NCBI GenBank assembly: GCA_964571235.1
Contig: CAZNAI010000003.1
Location: forward strand, 592,700 to 656,699
DNA length: 64,000 bases
DNA from: an uncultured Ignavibacteriales bacterium
GTDB taxonomy: Bacteria; Zixibacteria; MSB-5A5; GN15; FEB-12
Direction of reading: 5' to 3'
Shown: positions 19,548 through 30,057 of the stretch, one piece after another
Numbering within the stretch: position 1 is the first letter of the stretch
Layout of the letters: each line of letters begins with the position of its first letter
Made by a program: the position numbers and the translations under genes
Notes under the pieces: model-generated
What the model was told of the DNA's origin: nothing
What the model saw: the letters and a program-made list of their open reading frames with translations, nothing else
Database searches by the model: none

Positions 19548-19602
19548 GAGATTGCTTCGCCGCGTCCTTCGACAAGCTCAGGAAGCCGCGTCTCGCAATG
19601 AC
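19548..19602 (-). repeat. H-family clamp repeat carrying an F-like insert
   Basis: The reverse complement reads gtcattgcgag-acgcggcttcctgagcttgtcgaaggacgcggc-gaagcaatctc. The outer arms are identical to H copies at 31156, 58751 and 39268. Confidence 0.8.
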
Positions 19603-19778
19603 GTGGTGTAACGCTATCCGTGAGAAATCAATCCGAGATACTACCACACCCCGCAATCCTCTGCCGCTCAACCTAGTCCAATGACTCCGCGCGGCCGCGC
19701 ATTTCCTTGTCTGAGACCCACACTCGCATTATCTTCCCCGCGAGAAATATTTCACAAGCTGTGGCTCGGAGGTCATCA

Positions 19779-22451
19779 ATGGATCCGTTTGGCGCGATAT
19801 CAGAACTGAAAACCAAAAGCAAATCTTTCAAATATCACAGATTGCAGGCACTGGCCAAGCATGGTCAGATCGATAAGCTCCCGTATTCGATCAAGGTAAT
19901 GCTCGAAGCAGTGCTCCGGTCGGTCGACGGCAAAGTGGTAACCGAACAGGATGTCATCAAAGCGGCGGGGTACAACCCGAAAAAAGTCGGCGAGATCGAA
20001 ATTCCGTTCAAGCCGGCGCGGGTGATTCTGCAGGATTTCACAGGTGTACCGGCAGTGGTCGATTTAGCGGCTCTTCGCTCGGCGATGAAGCGTTTGGGAG
20101 GCGATCCCAAAAAAATAAATCCGCTCATTCCCGTCGATCTGGTGATCGATCACTCGGTGCAGGTCGATGCCTACGCCACCGACGACGCCCTCGCGCAGAA
20201 TATGCAACTGGAGTTTGAGCGAAACCGTGAGCGGTATGAATTTCTACACTGGGGAAAGAATGCGTTTAACAATTTCCGTGTCGTACCGCCGGCGACGGGA
20301 ATTGTACACCAGGTGAATCTTGAGTATCTGGCGAAAGTCGTGTGGGTGACCAATGGTGTCGCGATGCCCGACACTGTCCTCGGCACAGACTCGCACACGA
20401 CGATGATCAACGGTCTTGGGGTCGTTGGTTGGGGCGTAGGTGGAATCGAAGCCGAGGCGGTGATGCTCGGCCAGCCGCTCTTCATGCTTATGCCGGAAGT
20501 GATTGGGTTCAAGATGACGGGTCGTCTGCCTGAAGGCGCCACCGGAACTGATTTGGTGCTCACAGTCACGCAGATGCTCCGCAAAAAAGGGGTCGTAAAC
20601 AAGTTTGTCGAATTCTGTGGCTCGGCGCTCGATGAATTGACTTTACCGGTAAAAGCAATGGTCGCCAATATGGCGCCGGAATATGGCGCGACGATCGGAT
20701 ATTTCCCGGTCGATCAATCGACGATTGACTATATGAAAATGACCGGCCGCACTGACGACGAAATTGATCTGGTCGAGCGGTACACTAAGGAACAAGGCTT
20801 GTTCCGATCTGCCGGCACCGCGCAACCGGAGTTTACTGATCTGCTTGAATTGGATTTAGCGACTGTGGTTCCTTCAGTCGCCGGACCGAAACGCCCGCAG
20901 GATCGGGTAACGCTCGACAATGTCAAACAGGATTTCTGCGAGTCGTTGACCAAGCCGATCAAAGAGCGCGGATTCGAACTGCCAGTTGCGCAACTTAATG
21001 CAGTCGCCACAATCAACAACGGAAGTAAGTCAGAAGTTCGTCACGGCGCGGTGGTAATCGCGGCGATTACCTCGTGCACGAACACTTCCGATCCGTATGT
21101 GCTGGTCGCGGCGGGGCTACTCGCCAAGAGAGCGGTGGAGCGGGGACTCAAAGTAAAGCCGTATGTGAAGACCTCGCTGGCGCCGGGATCGCGTGTTGTG
21201 TCGGAGTATTTGAAGAACGCCGGCTTGATTTCGTATTTGGATAAACTCGGATTTCAAAATGTCGGATACGGTTGCACCACGTGCATTGGCAACTCAGGGC
21301 CGCTCCCGGAACCGGTGGTGAAAGCAATTACAGACGGCAAGATAGTTGCCGCGGCGGTGTTATCGGGCAATCGTAACTTTGAAGGGCGCATCAATCCGAA
21401 TACTAAAGCGAATTATCTCGCCTCGCCACCGCTGGTGGTAGCGTATGCGCTGGCCGGATCGGTCGATATCGATTTGACCACCGAGCCACTCGGCACAAAT
21501 GACAAGGGCGAGAAGATTTTCCTGAAAGATATCTGGCCGACCCAGGCGGATATTGTCAAACATGTGGCGTCGAGTGTGACACCTGAATTATTCCGAACGC
21601 AGTATGCCTCGGTCTTCGACGGCAACCCGACCTGGAACGCGATTACATCCGGCAAGAGCGAGATTTTCGCGTGGCCGGATAAATCGACATACATACAGGA
21701 ACCGCCATTCTTCACCGAGATGAAAAAAGAACCGGCCGCGCTTTCGCCGATTTCCGAGGCACGAGTGCTGGCGGTATTTGGTGATTCGATCACGACCGAT
21801 CATATCTCCCCAGCGGGAGCGATCAAGGCCGATTCACCCGCCGGAAAATTCCTTATGGATAACGGTGTGAAGTTTTCTGATTTCAATTCGTACGGTTCGC
21901 GCCGTGGAAACGACCGGGTGATGACACGCGGTACATTTGCCAATATTCGGATTCGCAATTTGATGCTACCAGGCACCGAGGGCGGCTTGACAAAATATCT
22001 GCCGACTGGCGAGACAATGTCGATTTACGACGCGGCGATGAAATACAAATCAAGCCGCACACCGCTCATAATTCTCGCGGGCAAAGACTACGGCATGGGT
22101 TCCTCGCGCGACTGGGCGGCCAAAGGCACGATGCTCCTGGGTGTGAAAGCGGTCATCGCGCAAAGTTACGAACGAATCCATCGCTCGAATCTTGTCGGGA
22201 TGGGCGTACTGCCGCTTCAATTCTTGGACGGCGACTCGCGGGAGTCGCTTGGCCTGACCGGCGAAGAAATCTTCTCGATCAACGATTTTTCGTCGTCACT
22301 GCATCCGCGCCAGGAAGTGACTGTGAAAGTACAGTCGAAAGACGGCAACCGGACTTTCCACGCCCTGTTGCGAATCGACACTCAGATCGAGGTCGAGTAT
22401 TACCGCCACGGCGGCGTGTTGCCGATGGTTCTGCGGCAACTCATGAAGTAG
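19779..22451 (+). CDS. acnA: Aconitate hydratase A
   Basis: Diagnostic segments are [37 protein letters not shown] and [14 protein letters not shown] lies 6 nt upstream of ATG 19779. Confidence 0.95.
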   Translation: MDPFGAISELKTKSKSFKYHRLQALAKHGQIDKLPYSIKVMLEAVLRSVDGKVVTEQDVIKAAGYNPKKVGEIEIPFKPARVILQDFTGVPAVVDLAALRSAMKRLGGDPKKINPLIPVDLVIDHSVQVDAYATDDALAQNMQLEFERNRERYEFLHWGKNAFNNFRVVPPATGIVHQVNLEYLAKVVWVTNGVAMPDTVLGTDSHTTMINGLGVVGWGVGGIEAEAVMLGQPLFMLMPEVIGFKMTGRLPEGATGTDLVLTVTQMLRKKGVVNKFVEFCGSALDELTLPVKAMVANMAPEYGATIGYFPVDQSTIDYMKMTGRTDDEIDLVERYTKEQGLFRSAGTAQPEFTDLLELDLATVVPSVAGPKRPQDRVTLDNVKQDFCESLTKPIKERGFELPVAQLNAVATINNGSKSEVRHGAVVIAAITSCTNTSDPYVLVAAGLLAKRAVERGLKVKPYVKTSLAPGSRVVSEYLKNAGLISYLDKLGFQNVGYGCTTCIGNSGPLPEPVVKAITDGKIVAAAVLSGNRNFEGRINPNTKANYLASPPLVVAYALAGSVDIDLTTEPLGTNDKGEKIFLKDIWPTQADIVKHVASSVTPELFRTQYASVFDGNPTWNAITSGKSEIFAWPDKSTYIQEPPFFTEMKKEPAALSPISEARVLAVFGDSITTDHISPAGAIKADSPAGKFLMDNGVKFSDFNSYGSRRGNDRVMTRGTFANIRIRNLMLPGTEGGLTKYLPTGETMSIYDAAMKYKSSRTPLIILAGKDYGMGSSRDWAAKGTMLLGVKAVIAQSYERIHRSNLVGMGVLPLQFLDGDSRESLGLTGEEIFSINDFSSSLHPRQEVTVKVQSKDGNRTFHALLRIDTQIEVEYYRHGGVLPMVLRQLMK

Positions 22452-22462
22452 GCAGACGAATC

Positions 22463-22771
22463 TGTCACCCCGGCGAAGGCCGGGGTCCAGAAAGTGGAAG
22501 AAGAAGAGAAGACTGGATTCCGGCCTACGCCGGAATGACAATGTTGTAGCGCGGGTTCGTCTTTGAACCCGCCATTCGTGGCGCACAGGAATGTACGCCA
22601 CGCACATTGGGAACGGGCAGGCAGGAAGCCTGCCGCGCACGTGAAATCGCGTCTCGACTACGCTCGACGCGTCGGTGGAAAAGATGTCGAAACCGCCCTT
22701 CGAGGACTCAGGACTTCACAGGGGTTTCGACCTACGAAGAACAGTAGGGTGGGTCCTTCTTAGAACCCGCC
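22463..22771. repeat. Dense hairpin-repeat mosaic between acnA and fba: J (22463-22490, 22515-22540), C (22546-22573), E (22577-22605), A (22613-22639), G (22646-22673), C-variant (22744-22771)
   Basis: Direct sequence identity with copies of each family elsewhere in the window. Confidence 0.85.
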
Positions 22772-22816
22772 GTTGATTGCGAAAAAATGTGAATGAGAAT
22801 ATGAGAGGAATGAACA

Positions 22817-23848
22817 ATGCCAGTAGCAACACCTGAAATCTATCGCAAGATGCTCGACTCCGCCCAGCAGGGCGGATACGCCTTTCCCGCGATCAATGTG
22901 ACTTCATCGGAAACAATCAACGCCTCGCTCAAGGGATTCGCCGACGCCAAGTGCGACGGAATAATCCAAATCTCCACCGGCGGCGGCGAGTTTGGTTCGG
23001 GCCTCGCCGTCAAAGACATGGCCTACGGCGCGATTGCGCTGGCGGAGTTTACCCATCGCATTGCCGAGCGATATCCGATCTATGTCGGTCTGCACACCGA
23101 TCACTGTGCGCCGGGTAAAGTCGACAAATTCATGTTGCCGCTGATACAGGAAACTGCGCGACGTCGGGCCAATAAACAGGTGAACCTGTTTCAGTCGCAC
23201 ATGTTCGATGGATCAGAACTTCCGCTCAAACAGAATATCGAAAAGATGGTCGAGCTGATGAAGCTCTGCAAAGAGAACGAAATTATTCTCGAAGTCGAAA
23301 TTGGAGTTGTCGGCGGCGAAGAAGACGGAGTTGACAACAGCGCGACCGATCATGCCAAGCTGTACACCAGTCCGCAGGATATGATCGAGGTGTACAAGGC
23401 GCTTTCGCCGATCGGCGGACGGTATATGCTGGCCGCGACCTTCGGCAATGTGCACGGTATTTACAAACCCGGCAACGTGAAGCTCAAACCGAAAATCCTC
23501 AAAGAGGGACAGGACGAAGTTGTCAAGCAGTTCGGGCAGAAGGCGTATTTCGATCTGGTCTTCCACGGCGGTTCCGGCTCCGAGCTTGCTGATATTCACG
23601 AAACGCTCGATTACGGCGTGGTGAAAATGAATGTCGACACCGACACACAGTACGCCTTCACCGAGCCGATTGTGGCGCATGTCGACGCCAACCGTGCGGT
23701 GCTACTTCACACCGCGACCGAAGTGGCCGACAAAAAGAAGTTCGACCCGCGCTCGTATCTGAAAAAATGCGAGGAGAACATGGCCAAGCGAATCACCCGC
23801 GCCTGCCAGGACCTGAAGGCGGAAGGGAAGACGCTGTGGAGGGGGTAG
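22817..23848 (+). CDS. fba: Class II fructose-1,6-bisphosphate aldolase
   Basis: YAFPAINVTSSETINA, HTDHC, FQSHMFDGS and FHGGSGS are present. Confidence 0.9.
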   Translation: MPVATPEIYRKMLDSAQQGGYAFPAINVTSSETINASLKGFADAKCDGIIQISTGGGEFGSGLAVKDMAYGAIALAEFTHRIAERYPIYVGLHTDHCAPGKVDKFMLPLIQETARRRANKQVNLFQSHMFDGSELPLKQNIEKMVELMKLCKENEIILEVEIGVVGGEEDGVDNSATDHAKLYTSPQDMIEVYKALSPIGGRYMLAATFGNVHGIYKPGNVKLKPKILKEGQDEVVKQFGQKAYFDLVFHGGSGSELADIHETLDYGVVKMNVDTDTQYAFTEPIVAHVDANRAVLLHTATEVADKKKFDPRSYLKKCEENMAKRITRACQDLKAEGKTLWRG

Positions 23849-23857
23849 TTCACGACA

Positions 23858-24301
23858 ATGTGGCTGTTATTCTTCACTCCGAATAAGGCTAAGCCACTGA
23901 TTATTGCGTCGATCACTTGGTTCTTGCTGACCCCGGTGAGTGTTGCTCTTGTATTCTTCTTTGCACGGGGTGAAGCGCATGTCATGGCAATTGGATTTCA
24001 CTTTGCCTTCTGGATAACGGTCAGCTGGCTCTTCCTGTTCATGCTCTGGGTGGCACTCAAAGACTTTGCTGGACGAGTTCCTCTTTGGAGTTTCAATCGG
24101 TCAAGGCCAACTTGGTCCGTGGTTTGGACGGCGATTGCGATATTGGCTGTTGCATTTTGTATTATCCCCATTTTGATGTTCCTGGACGGGCTACAGGTGA
24201 TGTCTGCGTACTGGTTAATCGGAGCATGGCTGATATGGAACCTGAGAAGCGTGATTGTTCACCAAGAGGATGTGAATGTTGACCAATTGACTTCCGAATG
24301 A
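23858..24301 (+). CDS. Small 4-TM membrane protein, unknown function
   Basis: The call rests on four hydrophobic helices and close spacing after fba. No motif was recognised. Confidence 0.45.
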   Translation: MWLLFFTPNKAKPLIIASITWFLLTPVSVALVFFFARGEAHVMAIGFHFAFWITVSWLFLFMLWVALKDFAGRVPLWSFNRSRPTWSVVWTAIAILAVAFCIIPILMFLDGLQVMSAYWLIGAWLIWNLRSVIVHQEDVNVDQLTSE

Positions 24302-24320
24302 GAGTATATGACTAAGACTC

Positions 24321-24348
24321 CGTGCGTGGTGGCCGTCCTCGTCCACCA
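24321..24348 (-). repeat. E-family hairpin (reverse orientation)
   Basis: The sequence is gtgcGTGGTGgccgtcctcgtcCACCAC; compare the copies at 624-652 and 39189-39216. Confidence 0.75.
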
Positions 24349-24444
24349 CGTTTGTTTGTCGGCGGACGGGTACGACCGTCGACCACAAAATAACTCGCGT
24401 CCCGCACTTGCTCCCCTCTCATTTCCCCCGTACTTTAGCGGGCT

Positions 24445-25497
24445 ATGAAACTCGGAATAATTGGCAAGCCGCAAAGCGGCAAGACGACCCTTTTCAACGC
24501 CGCAGGCGCGCAAAATCAGGCGGTCGGCGATTTTTCGCAGGCGGTGCATCGCGCTGTCATCAAGGTCCCCGACCCGCGTCTGGCCGCGCTGGCTGAATTG
24601 GTCAATCCCAAAAAGATCACGTTTGCCGAGATCGAACTGCTCGACGCCCCCGGTCTTTCCGGCAAAGGCAAAGATGCGGCCGGGCTTGAGATCAATCAGG
24701 AACTTCGGCAGATGGAAGCGTTTATCATGGTGGTCGACGCCTTTTCGCCCGACGCCAAGCCCGAAGCCGATATCCGCAATGTGATCGACGAGCTGGTCTT
24801 TTTGGATCAGGTGCTGATCGAGAGCAATATCGACAAGCGCGAGCGGAAAACGAAACTGACCGGCGACAAACACGAACAACATGAAATCGATCTGCTCAAG
24901 CGGTGCCTCAAATTTGTCGAAGAAGGCAAACCGCTGATCGATCTGGGATTGACTGAAGACGACCTCCGCCCGCTCAAAGGGTACATGCTACTGACGCTCA
25001 AGCCGCTGTTGATTGTGTTAAACATTTCAGAAGACAAACTCCCCAAAGCGGCCGAGATCGAAAAGCAGTTTGGGGGAATGGTTCAGACGGGGAAACGCGA
25101 AGTCGCCGTGGTGTGCGGCAAGATCGAAATGGAACTGGTCGCGCTGGCCGCCGAGGAACGAGCGGCATTTTTGGCCGATCTCGGCATCACCAAACCGGCG
25201 ATGGATGTTGTGGTACAAAGATCGTACGCACTACTCGGTCTGATTTCATTTTTGACTGCCGGTGAGCCGGAAGTGCGCGCCTGGACAATCAAAAAGGGGA
25301 TGAGTGCACAGAAATCGGCCGGTGTGATTCACTCCGATATCGAGCGCGGCTTTATTCGCGCCGAGGTAACCGCGTATAACGACTATGTGACATTGAAAAC
25401 TCCCGCGGCGATAAAAGCGGCCGGCAAGCAGAGGTTGGAAGGGAAAGAATATATTATCGCCGACGGTGATGTGATTTTGTTTCGGTTTAACGTTTGA
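24445..25497 (+). CDS. ychF: Ribosome-binding ATPase YchF
   Basis: The G1 motif is GKPQSGKTTLFNA. A C-terminal TGS-like region reads RAWTIKKGMSAQKSAGVIHSDIERGFIRAEV. Confidence 0.88.
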   Translation: MKLGIIGKPQSGKTTLFNAAGAQNQAVGDFSQAVHRAVIKVPDPRLAALAELVNPKKITFAEIELLDAPGLSGKGKDAAGLEINQELRQMEAFIMVVDAFSPDAKPEADIRNVIDELVFLDQVLIESNIDKRERKTKLTGDKHEQHEIDLLKRCLKFVEEGKPLIDLGLTEDDLRPLKGYMLLTLKPLLIVLNISEDKLPKAAEIEKQFGGMVQTGKREVAVVCGKIEMELVALAAEERAAFLADLGITKPAMDVVVQRSYALLGLISFLTAGEPEVRAWTIKKGMSAQKSAGVIHSDIERGFIRAEVTAYNDYVTLKTPAAIKAAGKQRLEGKEYIIADGDVILFRFNV

Positions 25498-25508
25498 TTG
25501 GAGTTTGA

Positions 25509-25862
25509 GGGACCCTTCGACAGGCTCAGGGTGAAGTCAGTAGGAGTGCTCAGGGTGAAGTCAGTAGGAGTGCTAAGGGTGAAGTCAAAGAGGGAAGAGT
25601 TGGAAGCTTAGACTTTGACGACAGCGAAATTCGACACGACTTCAGGCTGAGCTTGTCGAAGCCTTCTCCTTGATGACACAAAGTGCGGGAACCGTGCGAC
25701 CCCCACGGGAGTTGTAGAGAATCCTGTTCAGTTTTTGCGCAGTGTGCCGATATTGTAGACGATAGACAGAGGTCAGGTGAGGACGCCTGACGCCACGTGG
25801 TTTGTAGGTCGAAATCCCTTGTCACGCCGAAGGCGTGATCGTCCGAAGGACGAGGTTTCGAC
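25509..25862. repeat. Repeat mosaic upstream of lon: F (25509-25538), 24-bp tandem x2.5 (25527-25587), F-partial-rc (25634-25653), expanded I element (25803-25862)
   Basis: The unit cagggtgaagtcagtaggagtgct occurs in tandem. The I element is tgtaggtcgaaatccc...ggtttcgac, enclosing two small hairpins. Confidence 0.85.
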
Positions 25863-25891
25863 ATCTTTTCGCAGATGAATTGAAAGAGAAT

Positions 25892-28288
25892 ATGACACGA
25901 ACACTTGATCGTAAGACATCCGAGACTATTCCCGAAGCGGCCACCCTGCCCATCTTGCCTCTTAAAGGGGTGGTGGTCTATCCGTATCTGATCACACCGC
26001 TGATGATTCAGGATGCGGCCCAGACACGGCTGGTCGACGAAGCTCTCATGCGCGGCTCGCGCATTGGGCTGTTCTTGCAGAAAAATCCAAAGCAGGAAAA
26101 TCCGGGGCCGAATGATCTGTATCATATCGGGACCGCCGGCAATATTCTCAAAATGCTCCGCTTCCCCGACGGTACTGTGCGTTTTTTGGTGCAGGGACTG
26201 GCGCGAATCAAAGTCAAATCATTTGCCTCGACCACTCCGCATCTCTCTGCCGAGGTAGTCGAGCTGGCCGACAAGCTGGATTCTTCGGTCAAGGCCGAGG
26301 CGCTCCAGCGCAATGTGCTTGAAAAAATCAAGCAGTTGGTCGATCTGGCGCCGTATCTAAACGAAGAATTCCATGTCTCGGCGATCAATCAGGACACGTT
26401 GTCGAAATTGACAGACTTCATCGCCTCGTATCTGAACATGTCGACTGAACAAAAGCAGTTGATCTTGGAAGAGACCGACGTCGTCCGCCGGACTGAATCG
26501 CTCTACGCCGCGATTATCAAAGAAATCGAAGTACTTGAGTTATCGCAAAAGATCCAGGCCTCTGCCGCCAACGAACTTGGCAAGAACCAGCGTGATTTTA
26601 TTCTGCGCGAGCAGATGAAGGCGATCCGTCGCGAACTGGGCGATGGCGACGACAAGAGCGAAATTGAAGAGTTTGAAAAGCGCATCGCGGAAGCCAAGAT
26701 GACCGAAGTCGCCGAAAAGGCGGCCCGCAAAGAACTCGAGCGGATGAACCATATGGCGCAGGCCTCGGCCGAGTACACTGTATCGCGCACGTATCTGGAT
26801 TGGCTGGTCTCGTTGCCGTGGGAGAAATCGACCAAGGACATTCTCGATCTGAATAAGGCCAAGCGGATTCTCGACGAGGATCATTACAATCTTGAAAAGG
26901 TCAAAGACCGCATCTTGGAATATCTCGCGGTCCGCAAATTGAAATCCTCGGTGAAAGGTCCAATTCTCTGCTTTGTCGGCCCGCCCGGAGTGGGAAAGAC
27001 TTCGCTCGGTAAGTCGATTGCACGGGCGATGGGACGAGAATTCGCGCGGGTGTCCCTTGGCGGCATGCGCGACGAAGCCGAAATTCGCGGACACCGTAGA
27101 ACGTACATCGGATCGATGCCGGGACGAATCCTGCAAAGTATTCGTCGATGCAATTCCAATAATCCGGTGATCATGCTCGACGAAATTGACAAGCTCGGGA
27201 CTGATTTCCGCGGCGACCCCGCCTCGGCGCTGTTGGAAGTGCTTGATCCGGAACAGAACGATACATTCTCTGATCACTATCTGGATGTGCCGTTTGATTT
27301 GTCGCGAGTGATGTTCATCACGACCGCCAACTGGTCGGAGCCAATTCCGCCGGTATTGCGTGACCGAATGGAGATGTTGTACATCTCCGGATATACGGAT
27401 ATCGAGAAGTTGGCGATAGCAAAACGTCATCTTATCCCAAAGCAACTCGAGAACCACGGTGTCACGCCCAGCCTGCTGAATTTCACCGATTCGGCGGTGC
27501 AGACGATCATCGACGGTTACACGCGCGAGGCGGGGCTTCGCAATCTGGAACGTGAAATCGCGGCAGTCACCCGCAAAGTAGCGCGTAAAGTTGCGTCGGG
27601 AAATAAGGCAAAGACAACGGTCGACACATCCGACATTTCCAAACTGCTCGGCGCCCCGAGGTTTACTCGTGAGGTTCTATCGCGCAAGGGACGGATCGGT
27701 GTCGCGCCGGGGCTGGCGTATACGTCGGTGGGCGGCGAGATTCTGTTTGTCGAAGCGACCGCGATGCAGGGAAAAAATCAGCTCATGCTGACCGGACATC
27801 TTGGAAACGTGATGAAAGAGTCGGCGCAGGCGGCGATGTCGTATATCAGGTCCAATTGCCGTGCTCTGGGCATTCCGCAGTCGTCGTTTGAGGGAATCGA
27901 TGTGCACATACATGTGCCTTCGGGTGCGATCCCCAAAGACGGCCCGTCGGCCGGTATCACCATGGCGGTCGCGCTAGCGTCGATGTACTCGCGCCGTGCA
28001 GTCAAAGCGCGTCTCGGTATGACTGGTGAAGTCACACTGCGCGGAGAACTGCTTCCGATAGGCGGATTGCGTGAGAAACTATTGGCGGCGCTTCGGGCGG
28101 GGATAGAAACGGTCATGATCCCGGAAGAAAACCGCAAGGATATGGCCGAAATTCCGGCTGAAATCAAACGGAAACTCAAGTTTAAGTTCTTTTCCGAGGT
28201 CGCGCCGGCGATTACCTTTGCTTTAGTTCCACCCACCAGAAAGGCCGCGACTAAGAAGGCCGGTGGGGCAAAGAAGAAATCTTCGTAA
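25892..28288 (+). CDS. lon: ATP-dependent Lon protease
   Basis: An N-terminal LON domain (LPILPLKGVVVYPYL), Walker A GPPGVGKTS and the catalytic PKDGPSAG are present. ATG 25892 is preferred because the track start falls inside a repeat. Confidence 0.95.
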   Translation: MTRTLDRKTSETIPEAATLPILPLKGVVVYPYLITPLMIQDAAQTRLVDEALMRGSRIGLFLQKNPKQENPGPNDLYHIGTAGNILKMLRFPDGTVRFLVQGLARIKVKSFASTTPHLSAEVVELADKLDSSVKAEALQRNVLEKIKQLVDLAPYLNEEFHVSAINQDTLSKLTDFIASYLNMSTEQKQLILEETDVVRRTESLYAAIIKEIEVLELSQKIQASAANELGKNQRDFILREQMKAIRRELGDGDDKSEIEEFEKRIAEAKMTEVAEKAARKELERMNHMAQASAEYTVSRTYLDWLVSLPWEKSTKDILDLNKAKRILDEDHYNLEKVKDRILEYLAVRKLKSSVKGPILCFVGPPGVGKTSLGKSIARAMGREFARVSLGGMRDEAEIRGHRRTYIGSMPGRILQSIRRCNSNNPVIMLDEIDKLGTDFRGDPASALLEVLDPEQNDTFSDHYLDVPFDLSRVMFITTANWSEPIPPVLRDRMEMLYISGYTDIEKLAIAKRHLIPKQLENHGVTPSLLNFTDSAVQTIIDGYTREAGLRNLEREIAAVTRKVARKVASGNKAKTTVDTSDISKLLGAPRFTREVLSRKGRIGVAPGLAYTSVGGEILFVEATAMQGKNQLMLTGHLGNVMKESAQAAMSYIRSNCRALGIPQSSFEGIDVHIHVPSGAIPKDGPSAGITMAVALASMYSRRAVKARLGMTGEVTLRGELLPIGGLREKLLAALRAGIETVMIPEENRKDMAEIPAEIKRKLKFKFFSEVAPAITFALVPPTRKAATKKAGGAKKKSS

Positions 28289-28303
28289 TCTCAGAGCGAC
28301 TGT

Positions 28304-29851
28304 ATGAAACTGGTCACATCCGACCAGATGAGAGCCATCGACCGCGATGCGATTGATCATCGCGGAATCCCCTCGCTAACTCTGATGGAAAATGCTGGGC
28401 GGGCGATTGCTCACCAAATCCTTGATGGCACATTTCACAATCCCGAATCGAAACGAGTTGCCATCTTCTGTGGCAAAGGGAATAATGGTGGCGACGGTTT
28501 TGTCATTGCGCGGTATTTGCATCAGGCGGGCGCTCATGTTGACTGTTGGTTTCTGGGACCAATCGATCAGTTGTCACATGACGGCCGTGTGAATTTCGAT
28601 GCCGCCGCCGGACACGGTGTGCATCTGCATCAGGTGCTATCGACGGGCGACGTCCCTTCGAAGGTAACTTGTGATGTCGTTGTTGATGCTGTATTTGGTA
28701 CTGGCTTTTCTGGTGTCCCCAATGAAGTTGCTTCTGCGCTTATCGAACGCATCAACAGTATCGACGAGGTGATTCTGTCGGTTGATGTACCGTCGGGGGT
28801 AAACGCCAGCGACGGTACCCACGGCGGCGTGGCGGTGCGCTCGAAGTTTACTTACACACTTGGATTGCCAAAGTACGGCCTGTATGTCTCGCCCGGGAGA
28901 GAGTTGGCGGGGGATGTCACAATTGTTCCGATAGGCATTCCCGAAGATTCAATCTCTTCAATTGGACCGACTTGCGATCTCATCACACCCGAATTTGCTT
29001 CCTCAAAGTTACCCGAGCGAATACCCGACGGCCACAAAGGCGACTTTGGCTGGGTGCTGGCTATTGCCGGGTCGACCGGAATGACCGGCGCGGCGGCGTT
29101 GGCGGCAGAAAGTGCGCTTCGTTCCGGTTGCGGGTTGGCCGCTATTGCCTGCCCCGAGTCGGTTCAGCCGGTGGTGGCGAGTTTACTCCGCGAAGTCATT
29201 TCGCATCCGCTCCCCGATGTGGGGGGGCGCGGCGCACTGGCGCTTCGCGGACTGGGCGAAGTTCTCGAACTACCCCGAAAATACGACGCGCTCATCATTG
29301 GTCCGGGACTTGGCCGACATCACGAGACGAGCGAATTAGTGCGAAGGTTTATAGGTCGGATCGACAAACCGACAGTGCTCGATGCCGACGGACTCAACGC
29401 GTTTGAAGATCACTCGGACATGCTGGCCGACAAGCCGTTCCCACTGGTGATAACTCCGCATGCGGGAGAATTTGAACGACTCACCGGAAATACTGTCCCT
29501 ACTGAAATTCATGCCCGAATCAAAACCGCCCGCGAGATGGCAAAACTACTCAAACTGACACTCGTGCTTAAGGGAAGCCCTACAATTGTCGCGAGCGCCA
29601 ATGGCGAGGCATATCTCAATCCAACAGGGAACTCCGGGATGGCTACTGCCGGAAGCGGCGATGTGCTCTCCGGAATCATCGGATCGCTCTTGGCGCAAGG
29701 GATGAGCGGAATCGAGGCGGCCGTGTGCGGGGTATTCGTTCACGGGATGGCGGGAGATTTGGCCGCCGACGAATTGGGCGAGCGCGGGATGATCGCGGGG
29801 GATATGATCAGATTCCTGCCGCAGGCAATAGAGTCATTCCCACATCGTTAG
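28304..29851 (+). CDS. nnr: Bifunctional NAD(P)H-hydrate epimerase / ADP-dependent dehydratase
   Basis: The YjeF_N motif is GKGNNGGDG. The C-terminal carbohydrate-kinase motif is GSGDVLSGIIG. Confidence 0.9.
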   Translation: MKLVTSDQMRAIDRDAIDHRGIPSLTLMENAGRAIAHQILDGTFHNPESKRVAIFCGKGNNGGDGFVIARYLHQAGAHVDCWFLGPIDQLSHDGRVNFDAAAGHGVHLHQVLSTGDVPSKVTCDVVVDAVFGTGFSGVPNEVASALIERINSIDEVILSVDVPSGVNASDGTHGGVAVRSKFTYTLGLPKYGLYVSPGRELAGDVTIVPIGIPEDSISSIGPTCDLITPEFASSKLPERIPDGHKGDFGWVLAIAGSTGMTGAAALAAESALRSGCGLAAIACPESVQPVVASLLREVISHPLPDVGGRGALALRGLGEVLELPRKYDALIIGPGLGRHHETSELVRRFIGRIDKPTVLDADGLNAFEDHSDMLADKPFPLVITPHAGEFERLTGNTVPTEIHARIKTAREMAKLLKLTLVLKGSPTIVASANGEAYLNPTGNSGMATAGSGDVLSGIIGSLLAQGMSGIEAAVCGVFVHGMAGDLAADELGERGMIAGDMIRFLPQAIESFPHR

Positions 29852-30057
29852 TCGTGCCGGCATACGGCTGTTTCCTCTGGGGTTTGTCCGTCCTCAGACC
29901 CGCCACTTGTTGTTCCTCAACGGACAATCCACGCCCTTTGGAACTCGAATCAATATTTTCAGTTGAATATCACACGCGAATGTGCCAACGTAGAGTCGTG
30001 CGGCCCACGCTACGACGGGTACATGTGAAAGATTGGTCCGTCGTCGGACGCGCCGTC

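Noticed and set aside
24259-24882. 207-aa minus-strand ORF
   Set aside because: It is antisense to the well-supported ychF gene.
25527-25587. Possible CRISPR array (also considered for the recurring hairpins at 30122-30282 and elsewhere)
   Set aside because: The 24-bp units are contiguous with no spacers and only 2.5 copies. The other repeats belong to different families, occur in both orientations, are irregularly spaced and have no cas genes nearby.
25550-26125. 191-aa minus-strand ORF
   Set aside because: It covers the repeat block and is antisense to the lon N-terminus.
26540-27457. 305-aa minus-strand ORF; also 34331..35023(+), 40509..41324(-), 42874..43638(-) and 58076..59047(-)
   Set aside because: All are antisense to strongly supported genes (lon, secA, the TPR gene, pyrK/pyrD, HMA/PorV-like). 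None has a recognisable motif.
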